64,000 nt of DNA, taken from NCBI GenBank assembly GCA_951406725.2, contig OX597838.1, positions 11,036,001-11,100,000 on the forward strand, in the 5' to 3' direction. Under the pieces are notes generated by a model. It was not told the origin of the DNA. It did not search any database and worked only from the letters and a program-made list of their open reading frames with translations. Numbering within the stretch: the first letter of the stretch is position 1; the number at the start of each line of letters is the position of its first letter. Shown piece after piece: positions 28,157 through 41,975 of this stretch. Origin of the DNA: Octopus vulgaris (taxonomy: Eukaryota). The position numbers were made by a program, and so were the translations under genes.

Positions 28157-29481
28157 TTTGTCATTACAGAGTCATCGGACTGCATGCAGAATAAGTTGGA
28201 GAATGGAAATTTAGAAATAATTGATATTTCAGGTGAAGATTTATCCATGACTGAATATTTGAAAGACAAGGAGCATCTAGAATAGAGTTTTTTGGAATTT
28301 CTTTCTGAAATTGATGTGAGATAATGGCACTCTTCCGAGGAGTTTGAGCAGATAAAATTGGAAAAATATAGAATAGGGTGTTATATAGACACACAGACAG
28401 ACACATGAGTAAACTTCAGTATTTTAGCAGGTAAGTCGTCATCGTCATCATCATCATCATCATCATCATCAGGTTATCACTGTTTTGACAATCTTTCATA
28501 TATACCTGAATAGAGGATGAATTATACACATGAATGAGCCTAAAGATACACACACACACACATATATATTTCTTTACTACCCACAAGGGGCTAAACATAG
28601 AGGGGACAAACAAGGACAGACAAAGGGATTAAGTCGATTGCATCAACCCCAGTGCATAACTGGTACTTAATTTATCAACCCCGAAAAAATGAAAGGCAAA
28701 GTCGACCTCAGTGGAATTTGAACTCAGAACGTAAACACAGACGAAATGCCGCTAAGCATTTTGCCTGGCGTGCTAACGTTTCTGCCAGCTTGCCGCCACA
28801 CACACACACATACCATATAGATACATATACACACACACATGCATACACACACATACTGATGTGCAAACATAGATATACACACTTATATAAGCACAAATAC
28901 ACAATTTGTTTTTATTAGCAATCAAGATTTTCTTTAGCAAATGCATTTCTTCTAATGACGCAAACCACTTTCTTTATTCATATATCTGATATAGGTACAA
29001 GGTCTAAAATATTGGTAGGGAAGGGTTTATTCAATTAAGATTGGCCCAAATTCTTGGCTAATTTTAAACTATTAACTTACAAAATGAAATTCAAAACAAA
29101 GGAAACTTTGAAAATAAAATAAAAAAGAAAATAAAAAGTTTGCTTAAACCATTAAATGCCATTTTAACTTTCGAAGTCTATTGTATACAAGAATATTTAT
29201 TCTGAAATTCTAATTGTAAAATTACGTTCATATATTTGTTGTGCAAGAATTTTTATGTGAAATCGTGTGTTGAAACATATATTGTTGTATTTCGGAATGG
29301 TCATTTTGCCAGTTTAGCCAATAAAAGTATTACAGGCATTTCCCTCTACACACACACTAACTAAACATAGACGCACATAGAGATACACGCATGCGCAAAT
29401 GAAGACACATACAATAGAAATACAGAATGGCTGACGGTTAGTAAGGAGAGACACACAAATAAGAAAGAAGAAAGCAAAGGA

Positions 29482-29521
29482 CCACTGATGAGGTCACAGG
29501 AGTGTGACGAAAGAACTCTGG
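29482..29521 (+). ncRNA. Minimal type I hammerhead motif
   Basis: cca-CTGATGA-G-gtcaca ggag tgtgac-GAAAGAACTC-tgg; perfect 6-bp stem II; CUC triplet. Confidence 0.75.
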
Positions 29522-30188
29522 CTGAAATAAGATTAAGTTTAATGTAAAAAATAAATAACACTGAAGCAAAGTAACACCAAATATATAGTGCATGTGTTTT
29601 TATTGGCTAAACTGGCAAAATGACCATTCCGAAATATAACAATAATTGTAAAATATTGTCCAGTAAGTGGTCGTACACTGAAGGAGTCTCAACACAGTTA
29701 TTTGAATTGTTAGAAATAGTAGCTAAAATCTCTATGACACTTCACTCTTTTGTTTATTTTAAAATAAAATAGAAAGGACGCATTGGATAACGTAATGTTA
29801 AGTAAACTGTGTCTGCAAAGAAAAAAATAGGCCATTATGGCTAGAACAGCTTTGATCTTCGACCTACTTGATCAGGACTGACCTGCAACTAAGCCACAAC
29901 AACAGTTTTGTAACATAAGGTGATTTAGATGATAAATATATCTGCCAAAATGTGTTGCTCCAAAAGATCTCTCAAGTAATGTTATTCAACAGGGTACATA
30001 ACTCAAAGATCAGCAAGTCTCACCAGGTGGAGCTATTACTTCTCTGGTACTATAAAAAGATTGATTAGAACAGTGATTTTTCAACCGGGGGTCCATATAA
30101 GATTTTTAGGGGACCACACAAGCAAAATTGGGTCCACAATAGCATTTTATGCTCCCATGGAAAATTTAGTGGGGAAATAAATCACCAC

Positions 30189-30825
30189 CCATCTCCAGTG
30201 CTGAGACCACCTGATCACGTGATTTCAACCATCTTTGGTCTCGTTAATGGTGGATGCTCAACTGCTAAAGGTGGATAGCAGCAACTCATCTCCCTACTAA
30301 AGGTACATAGAAAAACAATGCCAGAACAGGCCCTTGTGTCACGATTAACCAGTGATCTTGTTAGAAGATATACATTAGTGACAGAGGCAGTATTCATATC
30401 AAGAGGTAATATTTATCCCCACTTAAACATGGATGTTCTGTTGGAACAAACTATACTGCAGTAAATACCATGAGAGAAACTCTGATGTTGGTTTTTGGTG
30501 TTAAATGCATGCTAGGAGGGAGAGAAATTCCTGCCATCTCCGGTGCTGAGACCACTAGATGATTTGATTTCGACCTTACTTAGCCTTTTCAATGATGGAC
30601 GCTTGACTGCTAGAGATAGCAGCAACACATCTCTCACCACCTGCAATATATTGGAAAACAGGGCCAGAACAGGCCCTGGTGTCACGATTAGCGACAGAGG
30701 CAATATTGATACTGCGAGGTAATATGAATCCCTCCTTGACCATGGATGTTCTGTTGGAACAAACTATACTGTGGTAGATACAATTTGAGAAACTCCTACA
30801 TTGCCTTTTTAGTGCAAATGCACTC
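30189..30825 (+). repeat. Diverged tandem duplication, 345-bp period
   Basis: ccatctcc(a/g)gtgctgagaccac and catggatgttctgttggaacaaactatactg each occur twice. Confidence 0.9.
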
Positions 30826-31655
30826 TTGTTAATGTATTGTCTCATAGCTTTGAGATTTCAATGATGCTATTGTCTATTTTTAAAATGGCAATGAGGGGGT
30901 AGATGTAACAGACTACATCTGACTAGTTTGAACATGAAATAGATAGAATATTGGGCCGGACATGGACAGTTTAAATGCAAAAGGGTCAAAGTGATCTAAA
31001 TTTAAAATGTCCATCGAAATTTTTATATAAATTTAAGCCTCAAAACCCAGCTTGGGTCCCTTTTCTGCAGAAATCAGGTATAGCCACTCAAAATTTTATT
31101 ACCCTTAGATGTAGAAAGTAGTTCTATATACTAAACTATCTTCTGTTGAGGAATGCCACGTTTGAAGCAGCATGGCTTTCAGAAAATACCAAATTCTATT
31201 TTTGGTAAATATTTAACATCATTACTAGAATAACCATGAAATTTAATTCTATAGTTAAAGGGTTAATAAAGACAAAATTATTTTAATAAAATTCATTAAT
31301 TAAAACGTGGAATGTATTTCAACAGGAATTATGGTAACAGAAAGGGTTATGATGGCTATGAGTACTGGAGTAAATGTATAAATTTCGAAAGGAAAACCTG
31401 AAGAATAATAATTCTGTTGATTTTGGGAACTTTTAATCAGTTTCCTAAAGAGCGAATTAGTGCACAGACATCAGGAGACACGTAAAGTTCAACGGTAAAT
31501 TCATTAAATTAGTTGAGGAAGATTAAATCTGTTCAAGGGAGATAACTCTAAAAGACGCCAAGCAGAGTAGCGTTTTACAACAGGCTGTCAGAGCTTTTAT
31601 AAAAAAGTTTGCACACAAACACAAATACAGTTGACGCTACACATCAACAAAAACT

Positions 31656-31687
<32 letters not shown>

Positions 31688-32903
31688 ACACCGTTTTTAT
31701 CTGTAGAACTCTTAAGGGGATTAAGCTATTGTAGTGCATATGAGCACTACACATTAGTGCTCATTACACATTATATACCTATTAAATATAAAAGGGTTTT
31801 TAAGCTGATTTCACTATTTATATGCTAAAAATATAGCGTTATCTACTTCAAGTGCTCGAAGTTTCTAAATCATGATGTAAACACACATCTGCGTGCACAC
31901 ACGCACGTACGCGTACGCACACACACACACACACACACACACGCACGCACATACACACACACACATACACACACACACACACATGCACGCACACAAAATG
32001 GGAGACTACGCCTATAGACTCGTAAACAATTGTTTGAATAATAATAATAACCATTGAAAAGGTTGCAAGACGCAACGAAAATTTTAGGAAAATAAAAATA
32101 AGAAATAAGTGGAAATTTTACCGGTGAGTGTGTTAAACATTATAAGACACCAAAAGAAAATGACTCTCCCCAGACACAACAGAATAATGAAAAAGTTTTA
32201 AAAGAAAACAGCTGAAGTTAAAGGACGTTGTGGGCAAGTGTTTTTGACAGCTAGTCTATACTGTTATCGCAGTTTTCAGTTAATATCTATTTTACTATTC
32301 TGGTGTAAAAAACAAAAAGGTTTCTCCTTCCACGTCAGTCACCTTTCTGAATGTTTATTAAGATGTAACAATTCCTTTTTATAGCATAGAAATGTCAATC
32401 TAGATACAGGTACAACCACTGAATTTTCAGACACTGAAGGTCCAGAACCTCTTATAATCTGTATTAAGCAGCAGCAAGGTGGAATTTAATATTCTGGCTG
32501 CTGTCAGGCTAATTTACCTATACTTTAAACAGATTAGTAACTTGCACAGTGCAAGATCAATAAACATTTACCGGTGACATGTAAAAGATACTGGTGCCAG
32601 TGGCACATGAAGGGCACCCAAGCCAGTGAAACATGAAAGGCACCTGTGCCAGTGAAATGCAAAAGGCTACTGACATTTTAAAAGGCCCCCCCATGTCAGT
32701 GACACATAAAAGACCTCCAGTATGCTTTGTGGAGTGTTTGGCATTAGGAAGGGCATCCGGCCATAGAAACTAAGCCAAATCGGACTGGAACCTGGTGCAG
32801 GTCTCTGGTTTACCAGTTTCAGTCAAACTGTCCAACCCATGCCAGCTTGGAAAATAGGCGTTAAATGATGATAATGATCACTATGATGAAATATCATTTA
32901 TAC

Positions 32904-33398
32904 CAGTGGTTCCCAACCATTTTTTTTTATCTATGGAACCTTTTGATTGCTGCTTTATTCTGGTGAATTGCCATAGCCATTTGATATTTAACAATTAATT
33001 TTAACCATTTCTTTCGAAATTTCTATTTTTGTTTTTCAGACATTAACTTGTGTAGGTTGAACTATCTTAAATGTTAGAGAAAGAAATTTAGCTGTTTACT
33101 GCAAAAAATATATGTGAAACAAAATTTTTTCATGAATTTTTTATGGATTTTCATGGATACCCTATGTGGGTCCCCAATTTAATATTTCACTTGCATGGAT
33201 CCCCCCCTCCAAAACTCTTATATGAACTTTGGTCTAGTGTAATATAGTGCTGTGAAGGCACTGGGTTTAGTAGGATAGGGTGTTGATTATACTACTGTGG
33301 GGTCTCCAATTTGATTGTTTATTTGTGTGAACCCCCCAAAATCTTAAATAGACCCCGGGGTGGGGGGAGATCAAGTAGACCACAACTGAGAACTACTG
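32904..33398. mobile_element. hAT-type MITE
   Basis: TIRs cagtggttcccaa / tgagaactactg; imperfect 8-bp TSD atttatac/attcacac; related ends near 19691 and 30071. Confidence 0.65.
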
Positions 33399-33526
33399 AT
33401 TCACACTAATGAACAGATAACTGCATTTTAATAATTTCTTTTTAATTAGAAAGTCCTAAAAAAGGTGAGAAGCTACATAGTGTAAGAGGTTATGAAGAAG
33501 GAGAAATTAAGATGAAAGGAATGAAT

Positions 33527-33913
33527 GTGGTAAGTAGCTTGCTAACCAACCACATGGTTCCAGGTTCAGTCCCACTGCATGGCATCTTGGGCAAGTGTCT
33601 TCTGCTATAGCCCCGGGCCGACCAATGCCTTGTCAGTGGATTTGGTAGACGGAAACTGAAAGAAGCCTGTCGTATATATGTATATATATATATATATGTA
33701 TGTGTGTTTGTGTGTCTGTGTTTGTCCCCCTAGCATTGCTTGACAACCGATGCTGATGTGTTTATGTCCCCGTCACTTAGCGGTTCGGCAAAAGAGACCG
33801 ATAGAATAAGTACTGGGCTTACAAAGAATAAGTCCCGGGGTCGATTTGCTCGACTAAAAGGCGGTGCTCTAGCATGGCCGCAGTCAAATGACTGAAACAA
33901 GTAAAAGAGTAAG
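33527..33913 (+). mobile_element. SINE family A
   Basis: Near full-length, little-diverged copy. Confidence 0.9.
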
Positions 33914-34040
33914 AGTAGAAGACTTCCTTATTCCTTGGTCAATTCACTTTAAACCCCTGGTCTGAAAAAAGTCAGTAATTCAGAAGGGCCTGAAAGTCAG
34001 AGGTTCTGGAAAATCCATCTTGTACTAGTATAACTTTCTT

Positions 34041-34109
<69 letters not shown>

Positions 34110-34519
34110 TGTGTGTGTGTGTGTGTGTGTGGGCAGGTAGTGCGATAGTGTCGGATAAATCTAACAAGGGAAATAACTCATGCAGCTACACATACTTGAT
34201 TCCTGAATTACATTAGATTTAATATAATTTCCTGATTCTGGTTATTTGTAGAAATTACGTGGCAAAATGAGAGGAAAGAAAAAGCTTTGAGTGTTTAAGG
34301 TTCGAATTATCAAGGAGATAAAATTATACGGCTTTAATATATATACATCAGTAAACTCCTGAGATTAAAGTGTATGTCCTGGTTTTAAAAAATAAATAAA
34401 ATTTAATATCTTAAATAGTTTTTTAAGTTGATTGAAATGCACATTCAACTTTAATTACCGAGAAGTAAATATTTGGAGAATTCAGAGAAAAGGAGAGACA
34501 ACGCAATAAAAGCATGCAC

Positions 34520-34580
<61 letters not shown>

Positions 34581-35525
34581 GAAAGATTGAGAGAGAGAGA
34601 GAGGTAAGACTGAGAGAGGGAGAGAGAAGGAGACTGCTAATCCAAAAAGAAGCCTCTATGAGTCAAGAAGGGAACCTGTATGATGAGTCAACGAGGAGGC
34701 TTCTACGCAGTCATTGTATCTGCTAGAAATAGCAGCTAGGTTTCCTTTAAATCTCGTTTACTCTTTGAAACAAGCTGATAGTTATAAGCAGTATATTGGA
34801 TGATGCAGTAGTTAAGTATACAATGCCTGACTAAAATATACGAAGGACCTAGCAAATACACCGCTTGAAGACGAGACTGACCAGGGGTTAAACAACAACA
34901 ACACCAACAACAACATTATACTGAAAGAATCAGAGTGCATACTTTTTGCCTTCTTCATTAAGGCCAGAATTACTAAGAAAGTACTACTTTTAGGAGTTGC
35001 TTTTCAATTAGTACAAATTTCAGTTTCTCTTAATTACTAATCCAACAATTAGTATTATTACTAATCATGCTAAAAAGCAGTGTTAAAATGGACAAAATGC
35101 ACAGCAGTATTTGTTGTGGATCTTTACAATCCAAGTTCTAATCCTTAGAGTTTCAGCCATCTGGGGTCAATAAAATAAGGCCCTCATCAAATACTGGGGT
35201 TGATGTAATTGACTAATCCCCACCACCTTCTCCCAAATTATTGGCCTGGGGCCCAAATGAGAAACTAATTATTGCAAATTATTTTGTATAAATTTTTATT
35301 GACTATGTAAAGATGACTTAAAACCTGTTCTTACTAACGACTTCAGATTTTGGCACAAGGCCAGCAATTTTGCAGGAAGTGGGTAAGTTGATTAAATCGA
35401 CCCCAGTTTTCAACTGGTACTTATTTTACCGATCCCAATATTTGAACTTAGAATGTAGAGACAGACGAAATGCTGCTAAGTGTTTTGCCCCGTGTGCTAA
35501 AGGTTTGGTCAGCTTGCTGCCTTAA

Positions 35526-35992
35526 CCCTTTCATAACTGTATTTATTTTGAGATGCTCTGTGTTTCTTTCAATTAATTTTAAATATAACAAAGAATTTAG
35601 TAAAATGACTTAGTCATCATTCAGCTAGTGTTAGGAACATAAATTGTGACTAAGGTTTGGTGGAAGAGTTTAATTCAAAACTTATGAAAACAAGACATTT
35701 GTACTACAGAGCCAGAGGCAGTTTCAGCTGGGTTGGTATCAAAAGGTTTAAAAATATCATGGTGACTTTAACCCTTTCATTACCGTATTTATTTTGAGAT
35801 GCTCTGTGTTTCTTTCAATTAATTTTAAATATAACAAAGAATTTAGTAAAATAACTTAGTCATTATTAAGCTAGTGTTAGGAACATAAATTGTGACTAAG
35901 GTTTGGTGGAAGAGTTTAATTCAAAACTTATGAAAACAAGACATTTGTACTCAGAGGCAGAGCCAGTTTCAGCCGGGTTGGTAACGAAAGGG
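35526..35992. mobile_element. Two adjacent TTAA-flanked (piggyBac-like) MITEs, 35526-35747 and 35772-35992
   Basis: ttaa|ccctttc(a/g)ttacc...ggtaacgaaaggg|(t/c)taa; related remnants at about 21390-21590 and 30840-31350. Confidence 0.8.
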
Positions 35993-36025
35993 CTAAAGAA
36001 AAAAAAGAAAAAACTTTTCTTAATA

Positions 36026-36166
36026 TAAGGTTGTCCCAAAAGTTCGTAGAAAGTCTTGGAAAATAATGGTCTTTATTTTGAGGAATAATTTTTGTTGTTT
36101 TTGTTAGTACTTGGCGAGTAAAAATTCAATTTTCGCAAGTGTTTACGAACTTTTGGGACAACCTAA
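36026..36166. mobile_element. Mariner-type MITE (141 bp)
   Basis: TIRs taaggttgtcccaaaagttcgta / tacgaacttttgggacaacctaa, TA on both sides. Confidence 0.9.
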
Positions 36167-37401
36167 TATTACTGACAAGAAATTTACATTGAAAATATAT
36201 TTTTTTGCTTTTTGATAAAAATCGGTAAAATGAAAGAAAAAAAATTTTTTTAGATATCTTTATCCAAATAACATTTTGTATTTTACGGAATCTGTCCAGC
36301 ATGGTTAGAAACACATAACTATTGATATCTTGAAGGGAAATTAAATCCTGTTTAGCAGCTTACTCTTAAATTAAACTAAACATATATTGAAGAAACTTTG
36401 CATGGATATTCCATATTTATATTCCAGGATCTGTCAATTATTTATTTATTTACTTATTTTAGCTAAAATAAATCAATAACAAGTACCAGAATAAAGCCCA
36501 TTCAAAAGTTGACAAATATTATTTTAGAAAAAAGATTTATTGCAACAGAGAAACTATAATCTTTTTTTTCCCCATTTGTTGACTACAAAATCTTTGCTTT
36601 TCTCCCCCTCTTTTTTTTTCTCTAAGCAGGTTTATTATTTTTCTCTTTCTTTCTTACATCTTTTTTTTTTTAACCTACATTTCGAAGAGGAATCAATTTT
36701 CAAAGAAACATAGACACATATACGTTCACACACAACAAACATATACAAAACTATTGTAAGGGAGGAGGGAGGGTTAGTGGAGGAGGAGGAGGAGGAAGAA
36801 GAAGAAGAAGAAGAAAAAAAAAGAAGAATTAAAGAAACAGTATTAATGTGAGACAGAAAAACAAAAAACAATCATGCATTTTGAGATAATATTTTTTAGA
36901 TATATAATAAGGATGGGGGGGGGGTGCGTAAAAAAATTCAGCTAAAATATAAATCCTAAATCTATTCTATTAAGCAGCATTAATAGTAATTCCAATAATA
37001 TTTATAGGATCAGTGAAAGAACATTATCTATTTGTTTATTCATACTTTGCCTGCTAAGCCACAGATCTATCTGAGGGATCAGTTGACAACAACAACAACA
37101 ACAACAACAGCAAAAAAATAGGAAAAGAAAGCTACTTCTGGTACACTTTTCAAAGAGAGTAGTTATTTGTTTTTTGTTGTTTTCTTTAAAATTTATTAAT
37201 TTTATTCTGTTTATATATACATATTTGTGTGTGTGTGTGTATGTGTGTATGTAGTGAGAGAGTAACGTAAGCTATATATATATCACTAACAGAGAAATAA
37301 TAGTGACTGATAAATTTTATCTTTAAAACTTATTTTCTTCTAAAGCATTGAGAGGCCACACAACAGCATTTATAATATTATCAATATCAATAATGAAAAT
37401 A

Positions 37402-37449
<48 letters not shown>

Positions 37450-37470
37450 TCAATGATGATGATGATAATA

Positions 37471-37611
37471 TAAGGTTGTCCCAAAAGTTCGTAGAAAGTC
37501 TTGGAAAATAATGGTCTTTATTTTGAGGAATAATTTTTGTTGTTTTTGTTAGTACTTGGCGAGTAAGAATTCAATTTTCGCAAGTGTTTACAAACTTTTG
37601 GGACAACCTAA
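37471..37611. mobile_element. Second copy of the same mariner-type MITE
   Basis: Near-identical 141 bp with TA flanks. Confidence 0.9.
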
Positions 37612-39135
37612 TACTATTATTATTTTTTTAAAAAATTTTATCTAGTTTCAGCTCACGAGCTGTGGCCATGCTGGGGCACACCGCCATTCAGAAATTACAA
37701 AAAAATTAGTATCATTATTGTTGTTGTTGTTGTTGTTATTTTCAGAATATACACACAAACTGGAAATAAGATAACTGGCAGAAATTAGAAAGGAAACTGC
37801 CGGAATAGATACCTTCTGAACAGCTAAAACCAAAAGAGAACGTACAGGGAAAACTTTTATGCCATCTCAAACTGCAGACTTTGAAATAAGTTAATCTTGT
37901 CCCAAAAACTCAAATCAAAAAAAAAGTACGGTAGACTTAAGGCGCTAACATTTTGAAATCTCAGATTCCCTTTCCTTGATTTTGGCTTTCTTTTTTTTTT
38001 AAAGTTGTTTTTCTTTTGTTTTCCGTTTTGTATTTGTTTTCAGAAATGTTTAAATGTCGTTTATATTGGATAATGTGCAAGAAATTATAATGAGAAAGAA
38101 AATGAAGGAAAAGCTAAGAGATACAAGCATAAACAAAAAAAAAAAAATGAAAGAGTAAAGAAGGAAAAAATATTTAAAGTTAAAAAAAAAAGCGTAAGTT
38201 AGGGTGTGTGTATGGTGTGCTGTGCCATGAATGAAACGAGAGGAAGGAATGAAAGAATGAATGAATGAATGAATTAATTAATTAATGAATCAATCAATTA
38301 AGGTAAATGAAGGAATGAAACTGCCAATGGTCAGTAGGTGGTTGGTTGGTTGGTCAGTTGGTTGGTTGGCAACATTGTTGGCTCTCTACGATAGAAAGCA
38401 GAAGAACGAAGAACCGTCGAATGAAATCAACGAACGAACGAAAGACAGGTTGCTTGAATGAAGTAACCAAAATCAGGTCCAGCAGATAAAACTGAATATT
38501 GACAGCATGTGACAGCTACCGATTCCGAAAACAATAATGACAAAGTAGATAGACACGGCAAACCAAACCGGCCAGCCAGCCAGTTGGTCAACTAGTTGGA
38601 TAGAATGAGAGAGAGAGAGAGAGACAGAGAATGGCTAATGTAGCTAATAAAAACATGCAAACAGACACCGATACACATAAAACATATACATACATATATA
38701 TATATATGTATATATATGTATATATATATATATGTATATGTATGTATATATATGTATATATATACTGGACTATAAATGCTAATAACAATAATTGGAAAGC
38801 AATGACAAATTACAGCAAAGGAGGAGGAGGAGGATGAGGATGAGGAGAAACTCATGAATGAGGAAAAGCAAGAGGAGGAGTGGGGGGAAGAGGGAAGGGG
38901 GGCGATTTAATAAGACTGAATGAAATCACTGCCAATCTGCAGCTGCTGTTGTTTCCGTCTTCCTTTTCTTTCTTTCTTTCGATGATACGGGTTGGGGGTG
39001 GGGGTGGGGTTAAAAATAAATAAATAAATAAATAAGAAACAAATAAATGAAAACAACAACAAAGAAGAAAGAAAAAAATAAAGGAAAATCACACGAAATA
39101 AAAGGAAATAAAATTTATGCACGTGTGCGTATCAC

Positions 39136-39182
<47 letters not shown>

Positions 39183-39218
39183 TATATATTTTTATATTTA
39201 TATATATATATATTTTTA

Positions 39219-39318
<100 letters not shown>

Positions 39319-39354
39319 CATCATTTAGTACAGACAATAAATGATGATGATGAT

Positions 39355-39408
<54 letters not shown>

Positions 39409-39759
39409 CAGAGAACTTTTTTGCTGCAAAACCTAATGACGGGGAAAGTTACTAAAAAGAAGGAAGACAAACAGACAGACTAAGTTTGGAACCTGATAAT
39501 TGTAAATTCAGTTTTACACATGATTTCTTTAGTTGAAATTACTTTTCTATTATCATATCTTCTGCATAAGGCAGCGAACTGGCAGAACCGTTTAACACAC
39601 TGGGCAGAACACTCAGCGGCATTCCATCATCTCTCTTTAAATTCTAAGTTTAAATTCTGCCCAAGTCAACGATACATTTTCATCCGTTTTAGGGGGGTTG
39701 AACACTGAAATCAATGTAACCAACTTTCACCCTCCCACCTCAAATTTCAGGATTATCAG

Positions 39760-40832
39760 TACCTCTGCCTTAGCGAAGGCAGAGATATTGTTTTCAGTTG
39801 TCTTTGTTTACTTGTTTGTCCGTGGACAAGATATCCCAAGAACCGCTGGATGGATTTGCATGAAACTTCCAGGGATGTTTGGATTCATGACTGGCATGGA
39901 CTGATTAGATTTTGGTATCGATCTGGTACCAGACAAGGATTCTGGATTATTTGTTATATTTACTTTATATTACATGAAATATTATGATCTTATGTTGACT
40001 TTCAAGTCTTTCTCTGATTATCTCCCTTGAAAGCATGCTCCTGGTTTCCCTATAAGTTATGGCAGTGTTGCTGTTTCCAAAGTAGTTTTTTTCTCTATTA
40101 TTAATTTTACCCACGTCTCTATCTTAGTAGAAACTGAAGGATAAAGAAATCAAAATACATAAAAACAAAACAGCAGTAAAACTGTTCAGAAATTAAATAG
40201 CATTAACATATTCAGTAACAATAATAAATCTAATTTATCCTCGACAATTTTTAGTTGTACCAATTTTGAATATATTGCTCCTGTTTAAAACCTGTTACCT
40301 ACTTGCTAATTGCATTTCTAGCTCTGCTTATAAGGAAACTTTACTTCTTGGACTCATGTTTTTGTGTGCAACGATGTTAAACCTCCGTTAACAGCACTGT
40401 ATGCAGGTCCTTTCTATTTTCTTTCATGCATGGATAAATTTTTCATTATAGACTTTAATGGTTGTAAAGACACTATATCAGTGGATAGACTAAACAAGGC
40501 CTTCATAGAGAAAACTGTCCCTGTCCCCACTGCAGACGACACACACATACACAGCATTACAAACACAGCCCGCACACCCACCTTCACATTCCATGACTAC
40601 CATTGGGATCGATCAGGTACGGGACAAGGATTCTAGATTATTATTTCCGGTTTTTTTTTTGTGTTTTTTACTTAATTTTTGAGAACAGTCGCGTTCATTT
40701 TGAGTATTCTCATATGTGAGAGCAGTCAAGTTTATTTCAGATATTCTCATTTTCAAAAATCATCTCCGTCTAATTGTTGAGAGGGCATCGGTGTTGCCTT
40801 GGTGGAGGTTTGCGCTCTCTGAGTGCTCTTGT
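39760..40832 (+). mobile_element. Helentron-associated (HINE/DINE-like) element, interrupted
   Basis: Starts tacctctgccttagcgaaggcagag; ends ggtggaggtttgcgctctctgagtgc (subterminal inverted repeat plus 3' hairpin). Confidence 0.65.
40330..40590 (+). pseudogene. Ty3/Gypsy integrase C-terminal (GPY/F) fragment
   Basis: HVFVCNDVKPPLTALYAGPF...KFFIIDFNGCKDTISVDRLNKAFIE resembles the PL.P.Y.GPY...VS.DRLKPA motif. Confidence 0.75.
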
Positions 40833-40951
40833 TATTATTGTACACGGACCTTTTCAAACGGACAAAACCCTTTGTAACTTTCGTCCTGTGTTTTGTCCCT
40901 TTATGTTTTAATTGATTTTTGTTAGCCCTTGTCGCCAATAAAAACGAACGA

Positions 40952-41022
<71 letters not shown>

Positions 41023-41546
41023 CAACCCCAAAAAGGATGAAATGTATAGCTGACTTGGGCAAAATTAAAACTTAGAATATAAAGAGAGATGGAATAAAAC
41101 AAAGAAAGGGAGTATACATAGTATACAATAGTAAAAAAAAAAAAAAAAATTATTAATAATAATAATAATAATAATAAATCAAGAGTGGTTATGGGTTTGA
41201 ACGATGCCTTTCTTCACGGGTCTGCTCAATTACAGCTGACCTAAGGCTTAAGCTACAATAACACACACAAACATAAACACAGATGAATGAATCTTTATAG
41301 CGAAAGCTAATGAAACTAGACACAGTTTACAATGTCTGGATGAGTCACCAGCTTTTATCTCACGACTATACAAGACTTCAAAAACAACAGTTCCAGATTT
41401 CACTGACATCTATATAATACAGGTACAACATCAATTTTCCAGAATCTTTGGTTCCAAAGGATTTCTGAATTAGTGGGGTTTTTTTCCAAACCAGGGGTGA
41501 TCACCGTGCTCAACACACTTTGAATTAAACAAATATTTAAGGTACT

Positions 41547-41710
41547 TATAGATGCAGATGTGGTTGTGTGATAAGAACACTGTTTCATAGCCACATGGTT
41601 CCGGGTTCATTGTCACTGTATGGCACCTTGGGCAAATGTCTTCTACTATAGCTTTGGGCTGACCAAAGCTTTGTGAATGGATTTGGTAAACTGAGTCTGA
41701 AAGAAGCCTG

Positions 41711-41779
<69 letters not shown>

Positions 41780-41942
41780 CAGGTGCAGACATGGTTGCAT
41801 GGTAAGAAGCTTGCTTCGCAACCTCATGGTTCCAGGTTCAGTCTCACCATGTTGCACCTTGGGCAAGTGTCTTCTACTATAGCCTTGGGCTGACCAAAGC
41901 CTTGTGAGTGAATTTTGTAGATAGAAACTAAAAGAAGCCCAT

Positions 41943-41945
<3 letters not shown>
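41547..41945 (+). mobile_element. Two tandem SINE family A 5' halves
   Basis: Heads at about 41547 and 41781 separated by (TA)n(AGAT)n. Confidence 0.8.
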
Positions 41946-41975
<30 letters not shown>

